A stretch of DNA of 64,000 nucleotides, from assembly GCA_034439575.1 (NCBI GenBank), contig JAWXAQ010000027.1, positions 1 to 64,000 of the forward strand, written 5' to 3'. The notes under the pieces were generated by a model. That model worked only from the letters and a program-made list of their open reading frames with translations, had not been told where the DNA came from and did no database searches. Positions 31,541 to 41,685 of this stretch are shown here, piece by piece. The stretch is from Leptospira sp. Lineage in GTDB: Bacteria; Spirochaetota; Leptospiria; Leptospirales; Leptospiraceae. The first letter of the stretch is position 1. Each line of letters opens with the position of its first letter. The position numbers and the translations under genes were made by a program.

Positions 31541-32449
31541 ATGAAAATTGATCTAAGAGCATTACAAATCACTCCCAAAAGACTCGTTGCACCTGAATCC
31601 TGGCTTAAACATTTACCTTTTGCATTTTTTATTATGCAATACTTTAAGCCTTCCATCTGCGTAGAATTAGGGGTTCATACTGGTAACTCTTTTTGTGCTT
31701 TCGCGGAAGCATCAAATATTTTTAACACAAATTCAAAGTTATATGGTGTGGATACATTTGAAGGCGAAGTTCATGCAGGAATTTACGATGAATCAGTTTA
31801 TACTGAATTATCTCACTATGTAAAAATGAATTTTAATGAAAATGTTTCTTTGATGAAAATGAGATTCGAAGAAGCGGTCACATATTTTTCAGATGGTTCC
31901 ATTAATTTATTGCATATAGACGGATTACATACTTATGAAGCTGTAAAAAATGATTATGACACTTGGCTTCCTAAAATGCAAAAGAATGGAATTATTTTGT
32001 TTCATGATACGCTTGTTCGTCGAGATGAATTTGGCGTTTGGAAATTTTGGGAAGAAATTAAAGATAAGCACAATTACGCATATGAATTTAAATTTGGACA
32101 TGGATTAGGTGTTTTAGCACTCGGCCCTTCAGATTTTGTTTCCATGCTTTCTACTCTTGAAAAAGAAATCGGTCTCGATGAATTATTTTTACCAGCCGGT
32201 GAGAGAAATGAGTGGTTATATAATTATAGAATCATGAAAAATGATTTGGAAATGGAAAAGGAAAGTCATAGGCAAACACAGGCTATTTTTTCTCAATTTC
32301 GCGATATAGATATGGTCGCGATTGCAAAGGAAAGAAACGATTTACAATTTGTGCTAAATGACCTCAAAAAACGAAGATCATTCCAAATATACTCTTTGCC
32401 ATTTGCAATATGGTCTAAAATTAAAAAATTCACAGGTCTTAATACATAA
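31541..32449 (+). CDS. Class I SAM-dependent methyltransferase (Methyltransf_24-like) with a helical C-terminal tail
   Basis: VELGVHTGNS, GVDTF, LLHIDGLHTYEAV..D, ILFHD. Confidence 0.88.
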   Translation: MKIDLRALQITPKRLVAPESWLKHLPFAFFIMQYFKPSICVELGVHTGNSFCAFAEASNIFNTNSKLYGVDTFEGEVHAGIYDESVYTELSHYVKMNFNENVSLMKMRFEEAVTYFSDGSINLLHIDGLHTYEAVKNDYDTWLPKMQKNGIILFHDTLVRRDEFGVWKFWEEIKDKHNYAYEFKFGHGLGVLALGPSDFVSMLSTLEKEIGLDELFLPAGERNEWLYNYRIMKNDLEMEKESHRQTQAIFSQFRDIDMVAIAKERNDLQFVLNDLKKRRSFQIYSLPFAIWSKIKKFTGLNT

Positions 32450-32493
32450 TTAGTTGCAAACTTGCATTTAATTATAAAATACTTTTATCTCTT

Positions 32494-34008
32494 ATGTCAA
32501 AAATGTTAGTAAAACTTTTAAAATTGATTTTTGATCATCGAATATTTCTTGCTATTAAGTTTCGTTTTTTCGAAAGTTTGGTGGAGAGATTGAGTGATCA
32601 TAGTCTGCGCCATGTTCATTTGAGTGCCGCAATTTTTCAATCTTATGATATATTTGAAAATTTGATGAATCGAATTATTCCTCCTGAAAATTCGCATATA
32701 AAATTTTTTCTCAAACCATACTTTGTTAATTTAATATCAGTATATGCTAGGGAAAAAAAGACTCCCCTAAATTTACATCAAGATATTGCAAATCTTTTGA
32801 TCAGCAAAGATTATCCAAGTTTGGCGACAAAAAAAAATCTTGTCAGACTTGAGGAGCAAGTAGAAATTCTAGGAAGAAAAAAGATTTTATTTATCACTAA
32901 TATGTATCCGTCGGTCCTTCACGGAGGTGGTTTACGTATATTTGATATCATAAATGCTCTATCTGCAAACTATGATATTTATTTATTTTCAACATTCGTT
33001 CCTACAATTGATCAAACCTCACATGATTTTTTAGGACCAAAAATAAAAGAATTTTATTTTATGGATGTCGATGATTTTTCATCGGATTTATTTATCAACT
33101 GGATGAATTTCTTGAATCTTCCGGCTAACTTTTTTGATGCGACACATTTGGAGTATCATAAATCAATTGAACTTCTCGACGCTGCGAAAGTATATTCTAA
33201 AAAAATAATATTTACATACATGGAGTGTTTATCGCTTTCATATTTTATTAAATTTATTTCATTTCCTGATTTAACTCTAATTTACTTTGCTGATTATTTA
33301 AATAAATTTATTGAATTGGCATTAGTCGAAAAGTATGCATTAGAAAATTGCGATGAAGCAATCGCAGTCACAGATTTTGATGCTGAATTTATATCAAAAT
33401 TTAGCAGTCATGCACCTAGAGTTATCAATCACTGTGTTTCTGATTATTCCATTTGGAGTCGACTCGAATCAGCAAAATATGAATCTATAGAAAATTCCGT
33501 ATGTTTTGTGGCAAATTTTCAACATCCACCTAATATTGATGCTATGCTTTGGTATTTAAAAGAAGTTCATCCTTTAGTATTAAATGTTATCCCTGATTAC
33601 AAAGTAATTATAGTTGGATCTGGTGATACTATGGAATTAAAAAAGCTTTCCAAAGATAATCCGAATATAATTTATACTGGTTATGTGGAAGATATTGTTC
33701 CTTTTATTCTATCTTCAACAATTTGTATTTCACCGTTAATTTCAGGTGCCGGATTACGTGGCAAAGTAAACCAGTATGCTGCCTGTAAAAAAGCATCAGT
33801 AAATACCACCATTAGTTTGCGGGGTCTGCCATTCACACATATGAAAGATACTTTGTTAGCCGATGAGCCTCAAGATTTTGCTAATGCAGTCATTAAATTG
33901 TTAACAGAAAAAGATTTTCGTCAATTCATTGAAGAAAAGGCTTATCAAATTGTAAAAACTCACTTCTCGTGGGATAGTAAAATTAAAGAATTGGAAAGTT
34001 TGTATTAA
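32494..34008 (+). CDS. Glycosyltransferase family 4
   Basis: HGGGLRIF, NFQHPPNIDA, TGYVED, GAGLRGKV, FSWD. Confidence 0.85.
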   Translation: MSKMLVKLLKLIFDHRIFLAIKFRFFESLVERLSDHSLRHVHLSAAIFQSYDIFENLMNRIIPPENSHIKFFLKPYFVNLISVYAREKKTPLNLHQDIANLLISKDYPSLATKKNLVRLEEQVEILGRKKILFITNMYPSVLHGGGLRIFDIINALSANYDIYLFSTFVPTIDQTSHDFLGPKIKEFYFMDVDDFSSDLFINWMNFLNLPANFFDATHLEYHKSIELLDAAKVYSKKIIFTYMECLSLSYFIKFISFPDLTLIYFADYLNKFIELALVEKYALENCDEAIAVTDFDAEFISKFSSHAPRVINHCVSDYSIWSRLESAKYESIENSVCFVANFQHPPNIDAMLWYLKEVHPLVLNVIPDYKVIIVGSGDTMELKKLSKDNPNIIYTGYVEDIVPFILSSTICISPLISGAGLRGKVNQYAACKKASVNTTISLRGLPFTHMKDTLLADEPQDFANAVIKLLTEKDFRQFIEEKAYQIVKTHFSWDSKIKELESLY

Positions 34009-34014
34009 AATTAA

Positions 34015-34773
34015 ATGTATTTTGGAATTTATCTTCAATTTAGCAATGGAAATAAATACAATGGCGAAGATCAATTTAGAGATATACTCAAGAAAATTAC
34101 GGGTCAAGTTGTTCCTGTCATAATTGTCGAAAACAATCACCAAAATAAAAATTTAGATGAAAGAGCAATCTTAGGAAATAATTCTGAGAGAGAATTTTCC
34201 GGATACCAAACTGGTCTTGAATATCTAAAATCAGAATTTAATCTTGATGAAAATACAGTTCTTTTTTTTGCAAATGATACATTTAATGTGAACTATGCGG
34301 GAGATCAATACTTAGAATTATTTTTATTACCAGAAGTAATTTCAAATATACACAAAGGTAATTTTGTAGGTTATGTTGATAGATTAGCAGAAGATGTTTC
34401 GCTACTTGGACGAAAGGGGAATCAGTGGATTCGGACAAGTTTTTTTTCCATAAGTTATGGTTATTTAAATCGCATATTACCGTTTGGAAAAGGCTTTGCA
34501 TCTGATCATTTATTTTCCAATAAAGACAAAGAATTTTTTTCCGATTCAAATGAAATCAGTGAAAATTATAAAGAATTTTTGCGATCTTGGCTTTTTGGAG
34601 AAAAAAATAAGTTTCCTTCTGAAGTGAAGTGGCATTCTGCAAAGAACTTAACGAAAGCAAATTTTTCTGGGTTCAAAATCAAAGCACAATGCATTTTTTC
34701 AGAATTTTTATTATCACAGGATGCATTACTTTCTGACGTAAAATTCGTAGATGTAAGAAATATTAAATTATAA
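34015..34773 (+). CDS. Hypothetical polysaccharide-biosynthesis protein (possibly RgpF-like or a divergent GT-A)
   Basis: Located in the operon; IVEN, NSEREFSGYQTG, FFANDT. Confidence 0.5.
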   Translation: MYFGIYLQFSNGNKYNGEDQFRDILKKITGQVVPVIIVENNHQNKNLDERAILGNNSEREFSGYQTGLEYLKSEFNLDENTVLFFANDTFNVNYAGDQYLELFLLPEVISNIHKGNFVGYVDRLAEDVSLLGRKGNQWIRTSFFSISYGYLNRILPFGKGFASDHLFSNKDKEFFSDSNEISENYKEFLRSWLFGEKNKFPSEVKWHSAKNLTKANFSGFKIKAQCIFSEFLLSQDALLSDVKFVDVRNIKL

Positions 34774-36179
34774 TGTTATTTAGTTCAATATTGTTTTTAT
34801 TCTTATTTTTCCCTTTAGTATTAGGTGGGTATTATCTAATTCGAAAAGAATTCAAAAATCATTTTTTGCTTTTTGTAAGTTTGATTTTTTATGCATGGGG
34901 GGAACCAAAATATATTCTCATCATGTTCTTATCCATCTTTTTGAATTATTATTTAGCAATTCTCATTGAAAAATCAAAAAGTATTTATATTCTTATTTTC
35001 ACTGTTATAATTAATTTACTGATTCTTGGTTTTTTTAAATATTTAAATTTTCTATTTGGGATTATCAATCAAGTATTTGAAATTCCTAGACTCTATTCAT
35101 TTTCTGAACGTATAGTCTTACCGATTGGGATCTCCTTTTTTACATTTCAAGCTATGTCATATTGTATTGATGTGTATTATGGAAGAGTTAGTGCCCAAAA
35201 AAATCTGTCGAAAGTCGCACTATATATTTCTTTCTTTCCACAATTGATCGCTGGACCAATCGTTCGTTATATTGATATTAGCCGCGAAATAGATAATAGA
35301 AATGAATCATTTGATGAATTTGTTTTGGGATTACGAAGGTTTATAATTGGTTTATCAAAAAAGGTTCTGATTGCAAATGTGTTAGCTGTCGGGGCAGATA
35401 GAGCTTTCCAAACAGAACCGAGCGAATTGAATATTTCTTTTGCTTTGATCGGCGCTTTGTTTTATACCTTTCAAATATTTTTTGATTTTTCAGGATATTC
35501 CGATATGGCTATAGGCCTTGGGAGAATGTTTGGTTTTCGCTTTTTAGAAAATTTCAATTCACCTTATTCCGCGCTTTCGCTTCGTGATTTTTGGCGTAGA
35601 TGGCATATTTCTTTATCCTCCTGGTTTCGTGATTATTTGTATTTACCATTAGGTGGAAATAGAAATGGAAATTATCGAACCTGGTTCAATTTAGTTATCG
35701 TATTTTTGTTATGTGGTCTATGGCATGGTGCGAATTGGACATTTATCGTTTGGGGACTTTGGCATGGTGTATTTCTTGTTTTAGAGAGAACGCAATTTGG
35801 AAAGTGGTTAGATATGACCCCACAAATCTTACAGAGAACTTATGCTTTAGTTGTCATTATGGTTGGTTGGGTATTTTTTAGATCAAATTCATTGGAACAT
35901 GCTGTATCCTATTTGTCTGCAATCTTAGTGATAGATTCTGAATTCACAAGAGATCACATTCTCAATTATATCAATAATGAAGTGATCGTATGCATCATCT
36001 TTGCGATTATTTTATCCTCTGAAGAAATGAAAGGTTATTTAAAAAGAGTATTTGATAGATTACAAAATAAAGTCATTAGTGAAGGAATCATTAATTTTGC
36101 ATTATTGCTTTTGTTCTTTTTTTCTTGTACTAAATTAGCACTAGGTACTTATAACCCTTTTATCTATTTCCGATTTTGA
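34773..36179 (+). CDS. MBOAT O-acyltransferase (AlgI/PatA-like)
   Basis: LPIGISFFTFQ, FFPQLIAGPI, DFSGYSDMA, FWRRWHISLS, GLWHGA. Confidence 0.95.
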   Translation: MLFSSILFLFLFFPLVLGGYYLIRKEFKNHFLLFVSLIFYAWGEPKYILIMFLSIFLNYYLAILIEKSKSIYILIFTVIINLLILGFFKYLNFLFGIINQVFEIPRLYSFSERIVLPIGISFFTFQAMSYCIDVYYGRVSAQKNLSKVALYISFFPQLIAGPIVRYIDISREIDNRNESFDEFVLGLRRFIIGLSKKVLIANVLAVGADRAFQTEPSELNISFALIGALFYTFQIFFDFSGYSDMAIGLGRMFGFRFLENFNSPYSALSLRDFWRRWHISLSSWFRDYLYLPLGGNRNGNYRTWFNLVIVFLLCGLWHGANWTFIVWGLWHGVFLVLERTQFGKWLDMTPQILQRTYALVVIMVGWVFFRSNSLEHAVSYLSAILVIDSEFTRDHILNYINNEVIVCIIFAIILSSEEMKGYLKRVFDRLQNKVISEGIINFALLLLFFFSCTKLALGTYNPFIYFRF

Positions 36180-37309
36180 TTATGAAGTACTACACTAATT
36201 TAATATTTGTTATCCTATTCTGTTTTCTAGTCTCATTGCATTATATAAATTTATTCATTCCTTTCGAACCAAAAATAAATTTAACTGAAAATAGAATCTC
36301 AAAACAAATGCCCACATTTGAAGGAAGTTATTCGAAGTTCATTCGAGAATATGAAGCGTATTTCAATGACCATTTTGGATTTAGGAATTTTTTTGTTTAT
36401 TCAGGTAATTATTTATTAATAAAAATATTTAATCAATCGTCTTCAGATAAGGTAATTCTAGGTAAAAACAAATGGTTGTTTTTTGCAGGTGAGGATGGTG
36501 CTTTTCATTTTAAAGAAAAGGATTATGATAAGGAAAAATTTGAATTACTTTATCAAAAACTTGATAATTGGGTAAAATATTTCAATGAATCAAAAATACC
36601 CTTTCTATTTTTTATAGCTCCCGATAAACAATCAGTTTACGGTGAGTATTTAAAAGAGCCACAAAGTGAATGGGCAAAAAACAAAAACCTGCCAATCATA
36701 TCACGCGAATTGGAAATCAGAATACCAGGTAACTTTATCAATTCATTAACTTTGTTAAATGAATTTAAAAATTCCAATAAAAAATTATATTTCAAAGCAG
36801 ACTCTCATTGGAATGATACTGGAGCACATTTTGTATACTCTAATGCGATAGACAAACTCAAAACATATCCTTCACTCAAAAATTTACCACAGCTTACTTT
36901 TGATCATATCAGGGTTGTTAAACAGAGATACACGGGAGATTTAATTCGCATTTTTTGGGGTATTGCCGATTTATATGATGAAGATGAATACTTTTTCATC
37001 GGTCCATCAAAGCTATCAATTAAAATTGAATCTATTGCCAATGATTACAAAGGTATTCCCATAATGAATGAATTCCTAACAGCAACAAACCCTAATTTAA
37101 AAACGCAAGGAAAAACACTCGTTGCCATTCGAGATTCTCAATTTATACCGATGATTTATTTTTTTGCAGAGTCTTTCCATAGAGTTATTTTAATCAATGT
37201 TTGGGAAGACAAAGAAACAATTCGAAAGATCATTGAGATGGAAAAGCCGGATGCTGTGATTTTTGAGTCCGTTGAACGTGGGTTAGTGAAATTTTTGGAT
37301 AAAATGTAG
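36176..37309 (+). CDS. AlgJ/AlgX-like SGNH O-acetyltransferase
   Basis: N-terminal TM helix, DHFGFR, GKNKWLF, APDK, DSHWNDTG, RDS, VER; overlaps the MBOAT stop codon. Confidence 0.8.
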   Translation: MIMKYYTNLIFVILFCFLVSLHYINLFIPFEPKINLTENRISKQMPTFEGSYSKFIREYEAYFNDHFGFRNFFVYSGNYLLIKIFNQSSSDKVILGKNKWLFFAGEDGAFHFKEKDYDKEKFELLYQKLDNWVKYFNESKIPFLFFIAPDKQSVYGEYLKEPQSEWAKNKNLPIISRELEIRIPGNFINSLTLLNEFKNSNKKLYFKADSHWNDTGAHFVYSNAIDKLKTYPSLKNLPQLTFDHIRVVKQRYTGDLIRIFWGIADLYDEDEYFFIGPSKLSIKIESIANDYKGIPIMNEFLTATNPNLKTQGKTLVAIRDSQFIPMIYFFAESFHRVILINVWEDKETIRKIIEMEKPDAVIFESVERGLVKFLDKM

Positions 37310-37313
37310 AAAA

Positions 37314-38441
37314 ATGAAAATTCCATTCGTAGATCTCAATAAACAATATATCACATTAAAGACAGAAGTAGATTTCGCTATAAATTCTGTAATAGAAAAA
37401 CAGGCTTTTATTGGCGGGGAATTTAATCAGATTTTTGAAGAATCGTTTGCTAATAAAAACAAATCAAAATTTTGTATTGGAGTCGGAAATGGAACTGATG
37501 CAATATTTATCGCACTTCGATCATTAGGAATCGGAAAAGGGGATTATGTTATAACGGCCGCAAATTCTTTTATTGCGAGTTCAGAAGCGATAACTCTTGC
37601 AGGCGCTCAGCCATTGTTTGTTGATTGTAATGAACATGATTTTTTAATAAATATAGATCAGATCGAAAATATATTATTAAATCACATTGATAAAGAAAAA
37701 ATTAAAGCAATAATTCCAGTTCATTTATATGGACAATTAGTTGATATGAATAAACTTATGACTCTCGCAAAAAAGTATTCTCTTCATGTGATAGAAGATT
37801 GTGCCCAAGCACACTTTTCGACAGATAATAAAAAATATGCGGGGACATTCGGAACTGCTGGAACTTTCAGCTTTTATCCAGGAAAAAATTTAGGTGCATA
37901 TGGTGACGCTGGTGCTGTCATTACAGACGATGAATTGCTTGCAAAACGAATTCGAATGTATGCTAATCATGGCCGAATTGCAAAATATGATCACGAAATT
38001 GAAGGAACAAATAGTCGCTTGGATGGATTGCAAGCGGCAGTATTAAGTGTTAAGTTAAAGTATATTGACTCATGGAATAAGGCAAGGTATAACGCCGCTA
38101 AGAAATATAACGAATATTTAACGGGTGAAGATAATATTATATTGCCAAATATTCCATTAGAAGGTTCGCATGTGTTTCATTTATATACGATTCGAACAAA
38201 AGTTCGAACGGAATTACAAAAATATTTGGCTAACAAAGGAATCTCTACAGGTGTACATTATCCGATCGCATTGCCAAATCTTAAAGCTTACCAATATTTG
38301 AATCATGCACCTTCTGATTTTCCGAATGCTAGTTTACTCCAAAATGAAATTTTGAGCCTTCCTATATTTCCTGAAATTACGGAAGAACAATTGGCATACG
38401 TATCAGATTCAATTCGAGATTTTTATAGAAATTATCAATAA
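37314..38441 (+). CDS. DegT/DnrJ/EryC1/StrS PLP sugar aminotransferase (WbpE/FdtB-like)
   Basis: GNGTDA, PVHLYGQ, EDCAQAH, SFYPGKNLGAYGDAG, NSRLD. Confidence 0.92.
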   Translation: MKIPFVDLNKQYITLKTEVDFAINSVIEKQAFIGGEFNQIFEESFANKNKSKFCIGVGNGTDAIFIALRSLGIGKGDYVITAANSFIASSEAITLAGAQPLFVDCNEHDFLINIDQIENILLNHIDKEKIKAIIPVHLYGQLVDMNKLMTLAKKYSLHVIEDCAQAHFSTDNKKYAGTFGTAGTFSFYPGKNLGAYGDAGAVITDDELLAKRIRMYANHGRIAKYDHEIEGTNSRLDGLQAAVLSVKLKYIDSWNKARYNAAKKYNEYLTGEDNIILPNIPLEGSHVFHLYTIRTKVRTELQKYLANKGISTGVHYPIALPNLKAYQYLNHAPSDFPNASLLQNEILSLPIFPEITEEQLAYVSDSIRDFYRNYQ

Positions 38442-38455
38442 CTTAAGGCGATAAA

Positions 38456-39412
38456 ATGTACAGAAAAAAAACAATAGCAATTGTTATTCCAGCATATAAT
38501 GAAGCTAAATTAATTAAACCTACTTTAGAGAACGTTCCTAAAATAGTCGATATGGTATTTGTTGTAGATGATTGTAGTCCTGATAATCAAAATGAAGTTA
38601 TATTAGAAATAGCTAAAAAAGATAAACGCATTCAATTAATAAAACATATAACTAATCAAGGTCCTGGAGGTTCAATAATATCGGGCTATCTTGCATCTAG
38701 CAAGGCGGGCATTGATATAACGGTAGTAGTCGGTGGGGATAATCAAATGGATTTAAGTGAAGTTACGAACTTTCTTGATCCAATCATTGATGGTAAAGCT
38801 GATTATGCGAAAGGAAACAGATTTCTTTTAAATCGTTTGGAGGATACACTTCAAAAAATGCCTAGGTTGCGTCTAATCGGAAATATTCTAATTACCGCAT
38901 TAACTAAGATAGCTTCCGGCTATTATAAAACCATGGACGTAGTAGATGGTTACACCGCAATTAGTCGACGTGCCATTGATACAATTAATTGGGATCGCGC
39001 TTGGAAAAAGTATGGCTATCCAATGGATTTTCTAATTAGACTAAATGCATATGGATTTAAAATTATAGATATTCCAAGGACTGCTATCTATTTAGCGGGT
39101 GAAAGACAATCACAGATTAAAGGATTTAGCTATTTTATTAAAGTGTCTCCTATGTTGTTACGTGGTTTTTTTTGGAGATTAAGATTTAAATATATATTTA
39201 TCGATTTTCATCCTTTAGTGTTCTTTTATTATCTTTCATTTTTACTTTTACCAATCGGCATGCTAATATCATTTACATTAATTTTAAATCATTTGTTTTT
39301 TAGTGGAAGTTTTGTGAATGCTACGCGAGCTATTCTCGCTTCTTCTCTACTTATTGCTGGATTTCAATTTCTTCTTTTCGCTATGTTATTTGATATGGAA
39401 GAAGGTAAATGA
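38456..39412 (+). CDS. GT2 glycosyltransferase with C-terminal TM helices (polyprenol-P-sugar synthase-like)
   Basis: IPAYNE, VDDCSPD, GGDNQM, KGNRF, two terminal hydrophobic helices. Confidence 0.85.
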   Translation: MYRKKTIAIVIPAYNEAKLIKPTLENVPKIVDMVFVVDDCSPDNQNEVILEIAKKDKRIQLIKHITNQGPGGSIISGYLASSKAGIDITVVVGGDNQMDLSEVTNFLDPIIDGKADYAKGNRFLLNRLEDTLQKMPRLRLIGNILITALTKIASGYYKTMDVVDGYTAISRRAIDTINWDRAWKKYGYPMDFLIRLNAYGFKIIDIPRTAIYLAGERQSQIKGFSYFIKVSPMLLRGFFWRLRFKYIFIDFHPLVFFYYLSFLLLPIGMLISFTLILNHLFFSGSFVNATRAILASSLLIAGFQFLLFAMLFDMEEGK

Positions 39413-40482
39413 GTTTAAGGGCCTTAAATTTTGCTATAGTCGGTTGTGGTCGCATTGCTATTCGGCATTCTGAATTACTCGGTGGTTCCCAAATTCAAAA
39501 TGCTAAGTTAATTGCCGTTTGTGACATTTCAATAGATCGTGCAAAGTTGTTAGGTGAAAAATTCAATGTACCATATTTTGAAATTATGGAAGATATGTTG
39601 GAGAAGCATCCGGAAATTGATGTAGTATCAATTTTAACTCCGAGTGGCCTCCACGCAGAACATGCATTAAGGATAGCTAAGTATAAAAAGCATATCGTTG
39701 TTGAAAAACCCATGGCATTAACTTTGGATGATGCAGATAATATGATTCGCTCAAGTGATGAGAATGGAACAAAATTGTTCGTTGTAAAACAAAATAGATT
39801 CAATGTTCCTGTTCAAAAATTAAAACAAACAATAGAAAATGGTCGTTTCGGTAAGTTAGTACTTGGCACTATTCGAGTGAGATGGTGCCGGACACAAGAA
39901 TACTATGATCAAGATTCATGGAGAGGAACTTGGGAATTTGATGGAGGCGTCATCACTAATCAAGCGAGTCATCATATTGATTTATTGGAATGGTTAATGG
40001 GTGATGTTGAAAGTGTATTTGCAAAAGGAAGAACGGCACTTGTGAATATTGAAACTGAAGATACTGTCGTTGCAACAGTAAAATTCAAGGATGGCTCTTT
40101 GGGAATTATTGAAGCTACAACCGCAGCAAGACCAAAAGATTTAGAAGGTTCAGTATCAATTCTTGGCGAGAACGGTTCGGTTATTATTGGTGGATTTGCT
40201 GTAAATGAATTACAAGTTTGGAATTTTAAAGATGAATTAGAAGAGGATAAAACTATTTATGAAAAATTTTCAGTTAATCCTCCGAATGTTTATGGTTTCG
40301 GACATAAAGCATATTACGAACATGTAATAGATTGTATTCTTAACAATACATCAGCTTTAGTAGATGGGCTTGAAGGTAGAAAAAGTTTGGAATTAATCAC
40401 CGCTCTTTATGAATCGATAGAAACTGGAAAAGAAGTTTATTTAAGATTCAAACCAGAAAAATGTAAACTAGGGCAACGTTAA
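39409..40482 (+). CDS. Gfo/Idh/MocA oxidoreductase, WbpB/WlbA-like nucleotide-sugar 3-dehydrogenase
   Basis: GCGRIA, TPSGLH, EKPMAL, VVKQNRFN, WRGTW, NQASH, VYGFGH. Confidence 0.85.
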   Translation: MSLRALNFAIVGCGRIAIRHSELLGGSQIQNAKLIAVCDISIDRAKLLGEKFNVPYFEIMEDMLEKHPEIDVVSILTPSGLHAEHALRIAKYKKHIVVEKPMALTLDDADNMIRSSDENGTKLFVVKQNRFNVPVQKLKQTIENGRFGKLVLGTIRVRWCRTQEYYDQDSWRGTWEFDGGVITNQASHHIDLLEWLMGDVESVFAKGRTALVNIETEDTVVATVKFKDGSLGIIEATTAARPKDLEGSVSILGENGSVIIGGFAVNELQVWNFKDELEEDKTIYEKFSVNPPNVYGFGHKAYYEHVIDCILNNTSALVDGLEGRKSLELITALYESIETGKEVYLRFKPEKCKLGQR

Positions 40483-40501
40483 AACAATATTATTTGATTG
40501 T

Positions 40502-41671
40502 ATGAATATATCCGAATTACAAAAAAAATATGAGACTTTGCGAAAAGTCAAACACAGTTGTCAGCGATGTTTATGTGATAATACAATCTCTTCGATATCA
40601 TATGATGAAAATGGAATTTGTAATTATTGCAAGAGACATGATCTTTTAACTAAAGAATTTAATGATGATAGTGAAAATTCTAAAAATTTAAAAAAATTAG
40701 TTCAAAAAATAAAACAAGATGGTCAAAAAAAAGAATATGATTGCATTGTAGGTGTTAGTGGTGGCACTGATAGTAGTTATACTTTACATTTGGCTTTGCA
40801 ACTTGGATTAAGACCTTTAGCTGTACACTTTGATAATGGATGGAATACAATACAATCTGTAAGTAATGTTAAAGCTATCACAGATAAGTTGCAAGTGGAT
40901 TTGGAGACATACGTTGTAGAATGGGAAGAATTCAAAGATATTCAACTATCTTTTCTCAAAGCTTCAGTTCCATGCATAGAAGTTCCAACAGATGTTGGTA
41001 TATTTGCTGTACTTTATAAAATAGCTAATCAAGAAAACATTAAATATATATTAGGTGGTCAATCCTTTAAAACAGAAGGTACAGTTCCAAAGGAATGGAG
41101 TTATATCGATGGAACTTATGTTTCTACGATTCAAAAAAAATTCGGTTCTAAGAAAATAAAATCTTACCCTAATTTATCGCTTGTTAAGTTATTTTATTAT
41201 ATTTTTCTAAAGAAAATACAAATTATACCTATTTTAAATTATGTTGATTATGAAAAAACTAAAGCAAAAGATCTATTAAGAGAAATTTATAAATGGCAGG
41301 ACTATGATGGTCACCATTATGAAAATATATATTCTAAATTTGCATTTGGTTGGTATCAATTTTATAAATTTGGAATCGATAAGCGTAAAATATCATATTC
41401 AGGACCCATAAGATCAGGTATTATGAATCGCAGCGAAGGAATTAAAAAAATTTCCGAAGCTCCACATGTAGGACAAGAAACTGTCGACTATGTTATAAAT
41501 AAATTAGGAATTTCCGAAGCGGAATTTATTGGTTTTTATGATAATAAGAATAAGACTTATAAAGATTTTTTTACAAGCGAATCTATATTGATTTATTTTA
41601 AACCAATCATTTATCTTTTAATGAAATTGAATATGATAAACCAAGTTTTATATAGAAAGTATTTCAGTTAG
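40502..41671 (+). CDS. N-acetyl sugar amidotransferase (WbpG-like)
   Basis: CQRC...CNYC, YDCIVGVSGGTDSS PP-loop, HFDNGWN, HYEN, DKRK. Confidence 0.9.
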   Translation: MNISELQKKYETLRKVKHSCQRCLCDNTISSISYDENGICNYCKRHDLLTKEFNDDSENSKNLKKLVQKIKQDGQKKEYDCIVGVSGGTDSSYTLHLALQLGLRPLAVHFDNGWNTIQSVSNVKAITDKLQVDLETYVVEWEEFKDIQLSFLKASVPCIEVPTDVGIFAVLYKIANQENIKYILGGQSFKTEGTVPKEWSYIDGTYVSTIQKKFGSKKIKSYPNLSLVKLFYYIFLKKIQIIPILNYVDYEKTKAKDLLREIYKWQDYDGHHYENIYSKFAFGWYQFYKFGIDKRKISYSGPIRSGIMNRSEGIKKISEAPHVGQETVDYVINKLGISEAEFIGFYDNKNKTYKDFFTSESILIYFKPIIYLLMKLNMINQVLYRKYFS

Positions 41672-41685
41672 TCTAATATAATAAA

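Noticed and set aside
32829-32837. A9 tract in the GT4 gene as a phase-variation switch
   Set aside because: The ORF is intact and A/T runs of this length are common in this AT-rich sequence.
41449-41520. 12-nt direct repeat AATTTCCGAAGC spaced 60 nt apart
   Set aside because: Only two copies, both in frame within a CDS (ISEA); not a CRISPR array or a target-site duplication.
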